Origin: an uncultured archaeon
GTDB lineage: Archaea > Nanobdellota > Nanobdellia > Pacearchaeales > GW2011-AR1
Length of the DNA stretch: 64,000 nucleotides
Assembly (NCBI GenBank): GCA_903831045.1
Contig: CAIKWG010000005.1
Span: 7,743-71,742, forward strand
Direction: 5' to 3'
This document shows positions 57,463 through 64,000 of the stretch, piece after piece; positions within the stretch are counted from its first letter, which is position 1, and each line of letters opens with the position of its first letter. The notes under the pieces are model-generated. The model had not been told where the DNA came from. It saw only the letters and a program-made list of their open reading frames with translations, and made no database searches. The position numbers and the translations under genes were made by a program.

Positions 57463-58251
57463 TCACAAAACTTCAAAATCAACCCTTACTCTAATTTTGT
57501 AAGGAGCAATTTCTCCAGCCGGTTTAATCTTCAGAATTTTAATTTTCTTTCCTGCTTTAACTGCTTCAGCTCTAATCATTTCAACCTTGGAATCAACTTC
57601 ATCAACCTTGCAAAAATCATAATAATAAATTCTAGTGCCTTTTCTCGAAAGCATAAACGCTTCTTTCAAAAAACTATGTTTCAATTGAGGCCTAGGCATT
57701 AGAATAACATCAAACTTCTTTTTTTCTTTAGCAAGTTTTTTAGCAACTTTACGAACATCTCCATTTAATAGAACAACTTTTTCTTTAACTTTATTCAGTT
57801 CGACATTCATTTCGGCATATTTATTTGCTTTCCTATTCAATTCATTAGAATAAATCTTTGCAGCTTTAGTATTTCTAGCAACAACAATTGAAAATGGTGC
57901 AACTCCTGCAAACATTACAAAAACTTCATCTCCTTTCTTCACCTTAGTGCACATTTCTTTACGTTCATTGGAGAGACGAGGAGAAAAATATGTTTTATCC
58001 ACATTAAATCTAAAGACACATCCATTCTCACGATAAACAACTTCTTTAGTTTTTTCGCCTGCAAGATATTTAGTCTTCATTGTTCTAAGTCTTCCACTAA
58101 AAATATGCGATTTAGAAAGAACAGTCTTAACAGCTTTGTTCTTCTTCAAAAGATCAATAGCAAACTTCTTTTTCTCCTTACGAGAAGTTCCTCTAGGAAA
58201 ATTAACAATTGCCACACTTCCTAAAATACTATACGCTCTATGATTTACCAT
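57463..58251 (-). CDS. tRNA methyltransferase of the Trm5/Taw2 (Met-10+) family
   Basis: VFVMFAGVAPFSIVVA SAM-binding motif and N-terminal fold typical of Trm5/TYW2. Confidence 0.7.
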   Translation of the reverse strand: MVNHRAYSILGSVAIVNFPRGTSRKEKKKFAIDLLKKNKAVKTVLSKSHIFSGRLRTMKTKYLAGEKTKEVVYRENGCVFRFNVDKTYFSPRLSNERKEMCTKVKKGDEVFVMFAGVAPFSIVVARNTKAAKIYSNELNRKANKYAEMNVELNKVKEKVVLLNGDVRKVAKKLAKEKKKFDVILMPRPQLKHSFLKEAFMLSRKGTRIYYYDFCKVDEVDSKVEMIRAEAVKAGKKIKILKIKPAGEIAPYKIRVRVDFEVL

Positions 58252-58301
58252 TTTACATTTCTAAGAATAAAACCAATTTAATAAAGTTTTGGAAAGAGAA
58301 A

Positions 58302-59090
58302 TTATGGAGCAACACGATTTGCTGCCAAAGCTGCTGCATTAACCTGAGCTTGACTCTGCATAATAGACCCAGCAATACTTGCAATAAATCTCATAAATCC
58401 CTTGTGGAAGAATAAAAATAAGATTGAAACAAATGTTACAACTAGCATGATAATCATAGGAACTGCTGGCCATGTAAGTGAATGATTGATTAATCCTACA
58501 ACCAATCTATAAATGCTATATCCACAGAAAAATAGCCACATAAGCATACTAAGCAAAACGCTTGGTAATGAAATTGCATTAATAACATTCTGACCTCTAA
58601 CAATATGTATTGGAGCTACCAATGCAGTAGTAAATAAGCATAAAATTAGGAAAGGTACAACTGTAGTAATGACTACACCTAATGAGGTATATGCAGAAAC
58701 TATAACAAACACTTCTTCCGGAGTGATATATGCAATTGCCAAGAAACTAACCACTATTGAAAGAACAAATTGTATTACACTTCCTGGAGGAAAATTAGTC
58801 ATTCTTAAAACCGAAAAAATTAATAGAGTTAAAATAAAGAACAAAAGATATTTAGCAATATTAATATCTAAACTTCCACCTTGCCAGTTAGTGAAAAAAT
58901 CACTGATAAAACTAGAACCTCCAGACCCAAAAATAGCATGGCCAGTAACTGTTGCACTAGTTGCAGCATGTCCAACATTAACAAATCCTAATAAAAATGC
59001 AAACAAGAAAAAGGCAAAAACTCCGATTGCAAACTGCCTGTAATTAATTTTAGCCTTTTTAGAACTCTTTTTTGCAACCTTCTTTTTCAT
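58302..59090 (-). CDS. polytopic membrane protein of unknown function
   Basis: 262 aa, about 7 TM, Lys-rich N-terminus. Confidence 0.45.
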   Translation of the reverse strand: MKKKVAKKSSKKAKINYRQFAIGVFAFFLFAFLLGFVNVGHAATSATVTGHAIFGSGGSSFISDFFTNWQGGSLDINIAKYLLFFILTLLIFSVLRMTNFPPGSVIQFVLSIVVSFLAIAYITPEEVFVIVSAYTSLGVVITTVVPFLILCLFTTALVAPIHIVRGQNVINAISLPSVLLSMLMWLFFCGYSIYRLVVGLINHSLTWPAVPMIIMLVVTFVSILFLFFHKGFMRFIASIAGSIMQSQAQVNAAALAANRVAP

Positions 59091-59160
59091 TATAAAATGA
59101 AGTCTAAGTCCTTTTTAAATATTATTACTTTAGACGAGAGGTTTGCCTAGAACAACAAAT

Positions 59161-60201
59161 CTAAAACCATTTGTTCAAACCAGTCTGAGAATTCTTTTTT
59201 GCTAATTCTTTCAATCTCTCCAACTGCTTATCCACTCTTTCTTCCGAAAAATTATGTTTTTCTACTAAAATTTCTTTTATTTTATCCTTATCTGTTTTAG
59301 GAAAAACAAACTCAAAGTCCTTTGATTCCGGATTTTTAAATAATTCAAAAATTTCCTTCCAATCAAATTTATCTTCTTCAGGAAGTTCTTCAATTTTTTC
59401 CCTGACTGATTCAAAAATTGCTTCAGGAGTTTCAAATTTACGCACCAAATCAAGAGCTTTTTTCTGACCAATCCTAGGAACGCCCTTAGGATTATAATCT
59501 GTTCCAACCAGAATTCCTAAACAAATTAGTTTATCCAAACTAATTCCCCATGTAGTTAATAATAAGTCTAATTCTATTATTTCTGGTTTAACTTCTACAA
59601 ATCCTCGCATGGTTTTCTTTCTACGAGAGACAGTCAAATTTCTAATTAATTTAGGAGCTCCAAAAAGTAAACTATCATAATCCTGACTTACACAGGCATA
59701 AACATTTTTATTTTTTTTAGCAAGATAAGCAGATTCAGCTTCACCTTCAGAAGGAGCTTGCACAACAGCAATTCCCATTGCTTCAAGTAATTCCTTACTT
59801 TCCCTGATCATAGTATCATCCAGTCTTAACAATTGAGAACTATATTTTTTCATCATAACATCATCTTCAGCGGCTTCAGCTTTGTGATATTTTTCTTCAG
59901 CCAAATCACGAGCCTCTTTCCTCTTTTTATGAGTTTTAGCCTTCAAATCAGGAGCCTTGCCATCAAAAACATAAACCAATTTAATTCCTTCAGAAAGCAA
60001 AGCAATATTTCTATAGAAAATTCCAGAAAGATGACTAGTTATTTTTTTTGAATCATCCATTAGAGGAGTTCCATCCGGCTGTCTAATTGTACTAAGAAAT
60101 TGATAGAGTGTGTTAAATGCATCAACACAAAGAGTTTGACCTTTTAATTCGGAAATATTAAGTTCACGTCTGTCAACAATCTCACGTATGTTAAGTCCCA
60201 T
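59161..60201 (-). CDS. fen: flap endonuclease FEN-1
   Basis: XPG-N/XPG-I domains (MGLNIREIV..., YVFDGKAPDLK..., GILVGTDYNP), 346 aa. Confidence 0.9.
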   Translation of the reverse strand: MGLNIREIVDRRELNISELKGQTLCVDAFNTLYQFLSTIRQPDGTPLMDDSKKITSHLSGIFYRNIALLSEGIKLVYVFDGKAPDLKAKTHKKRKEARDLAEEKYHKAEAAEDDVMMKKYSSQLLRLDDTMIRESKELLEAMGIAVVQAPSEGEAESAYLAKKNKNVYACVSQDYDSLLFGAPKLIRNLTVSRRKKTMRGFVEVKPEIIELDLLLTTWGISLDKLICLGILVGTDYNPKGVPRIGQKKALDLVRKFETPEAIFESVREKIEELPEEDKFDWKEIFELFKNPESKDFEFVFPKTDKDKIKEILVEKHNFSEERVDKQLERLKELAKKNSQTGLNKWF

Positions 60202-60231
60202 AAATAATCAAGAAAAAAACAAGTTAAATAA

Positions 60232-60774
60232 TTATCTCTTCTGCAATCTTTGTTTAACTTCCTGAGCATGTTCATATCTTCTAATTGCGAATCCTCTAAC
60301 AGAATCTGGATTTAGATAACCTATATCTTGAGTATATCCTATTCTTACTTTAGTTCCATTGGGACCTTTGTCATCTTTTTTTCCTGCCCATAGATTTTGA
60401 TAACCCATGGCTTCAATTGCAACTTTAATAGAAGCAAGGTCTCCTTGATAGGGATCAATTCCTCTACGTTCAAGCATGTTAGAAAATTCTAAATCAACCG
60501 AATCTGATTTTGTTAGTTTATGATCTTTAACCCATTTTTCTAAACTAGTTTTGGGGTCCTTAACTCTATTAATAATAGATAGTAAAATATTTTTTTCTTT
60601 AGGATTTGAATGTTTATCCTTTTCATAAGCCAAATATTCATTAGCCAAATCAGTTTTTTCCATTTTAGAAAAAACTTCAAAAAATTCATTTAGACTTGCT
60701 TCTTCCTGAACATCATAAATAACTTTTCCTCCAGAAAATTCCGGATGCGCTTGTTCATATTCCCATTGATTCAT
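60232..60774 (-). CDS. hypothetical protein translationally coupled to the kinase-like pair
   Basis: 180 aa; 4-nt overlap with the upstream gene. Confidence 0.4.
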   Translation of the reverse strand: MNQWEYEQAHPEFSGGKVIYDVQEEASLNEFFEVFSKMEKTDLANEYLAYEKDKHSNPKEKNILLSIINRVKDPKTSLEKWVKDHKLTKSDSVDLEFSNMLERRGIDPYQGDLASIKVAIEAMGYQNLWAGKKDDKGPNGTKVRIGYTQDIGYLNPDSVRGFAIRRYEHAQEVKQRLQKR

Positions 60775-61508
60775 TTTCTATCTCCTGGATATTTGATTTC
60801 TTTAAAATCAACTCCATCAATTTTCCAATCAGAACAATCTATTAAATAGGTTTGCTTTTTTCTTAAATCAGCAATCATATTGCAGGTTCCGAAATCAACA
60901 TTATGAATTCCGAGAGTTCTTGCTTTTTCACTTTCTGATTTTCCTAATTCAAGATGAAAATTATATCTTTCGTCCTCATCCCTAGATGTTGAAGGAAATT
61001 CGTCTAATGCAAAACCATCAATTTTCTTCATAACCAAAGCTGGGCAGAATTTCCCATCTTCTTTTTTAATTTTAAAAATTCCTTCTACTTTTGGAACCTT
61101 AACTCCTCTTCTATGAGCCAATTCTTGTCTAACTCCTTCTTCTAGAATACGAGAATAATTCACCTTTGGACCAGTTCGATTAGCATACAATACTTTTCCT
61201 ACATTAGTATTTCCAAGACTATAGATTGTACCTTCCCCTCCAGCATTTAGATAATCTTTCGAAGATATTTCATAATCTACTTCCTCTACTTCATCAATTG
61301 TCAATGGCATTTCTTCCAGAATTTGCTGATATAGTATTCTATTAATAACTTCATTTGGAACTGCAAGTTCATTTTGAAATTTTCTCTTTTTGATTAGGTT
61401 ATTTAATACAGCTATTTCTAGCTCTGAATCAAACCCTGTTTCAGCAATAATCTTAGCCTGAATTGTTGGATACATCTTTATTCTTGACATTTTAATCTTC
61501 CTCTCCAT
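60771..61508 (-). CDS. RIO/Bud32-like atypical protein kinase (paralog A)
   Basis: G-loop-like NAGGEGTIYSLG, hinge ALVMKKIDG, catalytic-loop-like GIHNVDFGTCNMI, metal-loop-like YLIDCSDW; compare Bud32/RIO HGDLTTSN and LIDFG. Confidence 0.4.
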   Translation of the reverse strand: MERKIKMSRIKMYPTIQAKIIAETGFDSELEIAVLNNLIKKRKFQNELAVPNEVINRILYQQILEEMPLTIDEVEEVDYEISSKDYLNAGGEGTIYSLGNTNVGKVLYANRTGPKVNYSRILEEGVRQELAHRRGVKVPKVEGIFKIKKEDGKFCPALVMKKIDGFALDEFPSTSRDEDERYNFHLELGKSESEKARTLGIHNVDFGTCNMIADLRKKQTYLIDCSDWKIDGVDFKEIKYPGDRK

Positions 61509-62175
61509 TTTTAATTTCTAAAGCAATCTCCAATCCCTTAAAATGCCAGTCATCACAGTCAATCAGATATGTTTCTTGTTTTTTTGCACTAGCCATAAAA
61601 TTTACATCGTAGCTATTAAGAGGGAAAACTCCTCGTTTAGTGGCTTTAGCTTTTTCTAATTCTCCAAGTTTAGAGAATATTTCATAACGAGCTGTTCCAG
61701 GATTGCCAATGTCAGAAACTCTTTTACCATCAATTTTTTGCATAACCAAAGTAGGCCAGAATTGTCCATCCTCTTTTCTTTTAATTTTAAAAATTCCTTC
61801 TACTTTTGGAACCTTAACTCCTCTTCTATGAGCTAACTCTTGACTAATTGCTTCTGCTAAAAGATTAGAATAAAAGTGTTTTGAATTAGGATTTTGAGAA
61901 CGTAAAATCTTTCCTACAGTTTTTTCTCCAAGAGAATAAACTACTCCTCCACCACCACCATTAAGATAATCATTATAATCAATTTCATAATTTAATTTTG
62001 GAACTTCTTCAACAGTCAAAGGCATTTCTTCTAGAATTTGTTGATAAATGCATCTATTAAGAACATCGTTAGGCACAGAAAGTTTATCATAGAGACTTCC
62101 GACATCGAGCACATTGTCTAAAGAAACTGGCTCCAATGCCTCTTGCATTCTGTCCGAAAGTTCTCTTTTTGTCAT
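61492..62175 (-). CDS. RIO/Bud32-like kinase paralog B (catalytic-loop His/Asn not conserved; possible pseudokinase)
   Basis: shares ELAHRRGVKVPKVEGIFKIK..., LVMQKIDG, YLIDCDDW with paralog A; overlaps it by 17 nt. Confidence 0.35.
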   Translation of the reverse strand: MTKRELSDRMQEALEPVSLDNVLDVGSLYDKLSVPNDVLNRCIYQQILEEMPLTVEEVPKLNYEIDYNDYLNGGGGGVVYSLGEKTVGKILRSQNPNSKHFYSNLLAEAISQELAHRRGVKVPKVEGIFKIKRKEDGQFWPTLVMQKIDGKRVSDIGNPGTARYEIFSKLGELEKAKATKRGVFPLNSYDVNFMASAKKQETYLIDCDDWHFKGLEIALEIKNGEED

Positions 62176-62270
62176 ATTTTAACTACTCTCTAGTGATATA
62201 TAAATCTTTCGATAGGGCCAAAAAGAGTCAAAAACCCTAATTTTAAATAACTGAAAAACCTCTTTTTTAT

Positions 62271-64000
62271 ATGAAATTTCAGTTTATTCCCATAGATTAT
62301 GACCCCTTTGACTATGAGGATAAAAATTATATTAAGATATTTGGAAGAAATGAGCATGGCAAAAAGCTATGCATTATAGACAGTTGCAAAAACTATCTCT
62401 GGGCAATTTTAAGACCAAACCTTTCAGCTAAAGAAATCGCTTCTCTCACAGAAAAAATTCAGAAAATTGAAGTTTCCATTTCAAATAGAAAAACAATAAT
62501 AGATAAAGTTGAATTAAAAGAGAAAAACTTTTTGGGAAAAAAAGTAAAAGCTCTAAAAATATATGCAACAAATCATAAGGATCTGCAAGAAATAGCCAAT
62601 CATCTAGACTTTCCAGAAATAGACAAAAGAAGGGGCTATGATATTAATTACATCACACATTACCTTCTTGAAAAAAAATTAAATCCTCTGAACTGGTATG
62701 AAATTGAAGGAGACATTCTTTCAGAATCAGATTTTGGAGGAATCTCTCAAATAATTGAGTCAGATTTTATAATTAATTTAAAATCTTTCAAAAAATTAGA
62801 TAGAAAAGAGTTCAAACCAAAAGCATTGGCCTTTGACATCGAGACAGATGAACTGAAAATTGGCCAAGGAGAAATTGTAATGATGTCTCTGGTAGGCGAG
62901 AATTTTAGAAAAGTAATAACCTGGAAAAAATCAAAATCTAAAAACAAAGATGTAGAATTCGTAAAAGATGAAGAAGAAATGTTAGAAAAGTTTGCCGAAC
63001 ATCTAAGAAATTATTCTCCAGATTTTCTAATTGGATATAATTCTGATAATTTTGATATGCCTTATATTAAAGCCCGTGCAGATAAACTAAAAATAAAACT
63101 AAATCTTGGATTGGATGATTCAAAGATGAGATTATCTAGAGGCGTGAATCTTTCCGCAAAAATTACTGGAATCACTCATATTGATTTAATAAAATTCATA
63201 AGAACAACCTATTCTCAGTATATGCAATCTGAAACACTTTCGCTAAATGAAGTTGCAAAAGAATTTTTAAAAGATACAAAAAAAGATTTCAAGTTTAAAC
63301 ATTCTTCCAAAATTCTAGAAGATGAATGGGAGAGATATTATGAATATAATCTGCATGATTCTATTCTCGCACTAGGATTGTTTGATAAATTTTGGCCAGA
63401 TTTATTAGAATTTTCTCTAGTAATACAAGAACCCATTTTTGAAATTTCAAGAAATGGATTATCTAAACAAATTGAATCCTACATTTTGCACAATTTGGAC
63501 AAGTATGATGAAATTCCAGAGAAGAAACCAAATAATCCAGAAATATCCTCAAGAATGGAACAAAATAGTGTCCAAGGGGCTTTTGTATACGAACCTAAGC
63601 CAGGATTATATGAAAATTTATCTATGTTTGATTTTACATCCATGCATACAAGTATTATTATAACTCATAATATCTCAAAAGGAACTCTACAAGAAAATTC
63701 CAAAAATGCATTTGTTTCTCCAGAAATAGATTTCAATGGGAAAAAAACAAAATTCTATTTTTCAAAAACTCCTGGCTTCTTTCCACTAATGCTTAAGGAT
63801 ATTTTTGAAAAAAGAAAAAAATACAAAGAGGAATATAAAAAAAATCCAGATAAAATAACTAAAGCAAGAAGTAATGCATTCAAACTTCTTTCAGCATCGG
63901 CACACGGATATATAGGATTTTTTGGAGCTAGATATTATTCTCTGGAAGCATCATCTTCAATTCTTGCATTTGTAAGAAAATATAACATTGAAACAATTGA
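62271..64000 (+). CDS. polB: family-B DNA polymerase, N-terminal exonuclease and start of polymerase domain (open to window end)
   Basis: Exo I FDIETDE, Exo II YNSDNFDMPYI, motif A-like DFTSMHTSIIITHNIS, motif B-like KARSNAFKLLSASAHGYIGFFG; no stop through nt 64000. Confidence 0.85.
   Translation, partial: MKFQFIPIDYDPFDYEDKNYIKIFGRNEHGKKLCIIDSCKNYLWAILRPNLSAKEIASLTEKIQKIEVSISNRKTIIDKVELKEKNFLGKKVKALKIYATNHKDLQEIANHLDFPEIDKRRGYDINYITHYLLEKKLNPLNWYEIEGDILSESDFGGISQIIESDFIINLKSFKKLDRKEFKPKALAFDIETDELKIGQGEIVMMSLVGENFRKVITWKKSKSKNKDVEFVKDEEEMLEKFAEHLRNYSPDFLIGYNSDNFDMPYIKARADKLKIKLNLGLDDSKMRLSRGVNLSAKITGITHIDLIKFIRTTYSQYMQSETLSLNEVAKEFLKDTKKDFKFKHSSKILEDEWERYYEYNLHDSILALGLFDKFWPDLLEFSLVIQEPIFEISRNGLSKQIESYILHNLDKYDEIPEKKPNNPEISSRMEQNSVQGAFVYEPKPGLYENLSMFDFTSMHTSIIITHNISKGTLQENSKNAFVSPEIDFNGKKTKFYFSKTPGFFPLMLKDIFEKRKKYKEEYKKNPDKITKARSNAFKLLSASAHGYIGFFGARYYSLEASSSILAFVRKYNIETI

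Noticed and set aside
63439-63663. 74-aa ORF in the +1 frame inside the PolB gene
   Set aside because: It lies within the long open PolB frame (frame of 62271), which carries conserved Exo and motif A sequences; it is a spurious alternative-frame ORF.
1-64000. Global stop-codon reassignment (TAG or TGA as sense) suggested by two in-frame stops
   Set aside because: Essentially all long, conserved genes terminate normally with standard TAA/TAG/TGA and give full-length products under the standard code, so the two cases are local (pseudogene or sequencing error) rather than a recoded genetic code.
1-64000. CRISPR arrays, rRNA genes, transposases or integrases
   Set aside because: No regularly spaced direct repeats of 25-40 nt, no rRNA-like GC-rich blocks and no DDE/tyrosine-recombinase-like ORFs were seen. 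The only mobile elements are the mini-intein and the LAGLIDADG gene.

Overview
This 64 kb window is a low-GC (about 30%) fragment that is clearly archaeal. The compact gene set and the abundance of surface proteins suggest a small-genome DPANN-like archaeon; that last point is inference.

Recognisable housekeeping genes:
- aminoacyl-tRNA synthetases of the archaeal type: tryptophanyl (TrpRS), threonyl (ThrRS, with the N-terminal editing domain) and glycyl (GlyRS, eukaryal-like alpha2 type);
- the small and large subunits of replication factor C (RFC), the flap endonuclease FEN-1, and a partial family-B DNA polymerase that runs off the window end;
- the tRNA modification enzymes Elp3 and a Trm5/Taw2-type methyltransferase;
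- endonuclease III, ADP-forming acetyl-CoA synthetase alpha and beta subunits, the HtpX protease, a DacZ-type diadenylate cyclase, a Ddl-like ATP-grasp ligase, an unannotated ribosomal L41e micro-gene, tRNA-Gln(CUG), and a tRNA-Glu(CUC) with an unusually long 116-nt intron of the BHB (bulge-helix-bulge) type.

Accessory content:
- three tandem stand-alone response-regulator receiver genes next to a KaiC-like protein;
- a MacB/FtsX-type ABC exporter operon with a duplicated palindromic operator;
- a ferric-reductase-like oxidoreductase coupled to an ApbE flavin transferase and a tiny Pro/Thr-rich protein;
- a roughly 12 kb island of four giant or secreted surface proteins that share a duplicated C-terminal module and a PGF-CTERM-like anchor;
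- a free-standing LAGLIDADG endonuclease and a triplicated family of small roughly 95-aa proteins;
- RFC small and large subunit genes separated by CYTH and Nudix genes;
- a mini-intein in the P-loop of a HerA/DUF87-like ATPase;
- two tandem RIO/Bud32-like kinase paralogs.

Other points: two small genes are interrupted by in-frame stop codons (one TAG, one TGA); HtpX has a homopolymer frameshift at its N-terminus; the family-B polymerase has an unusual motif A (DFTSMHTSII). No CRISPR arrays or rRNA genes were seen.
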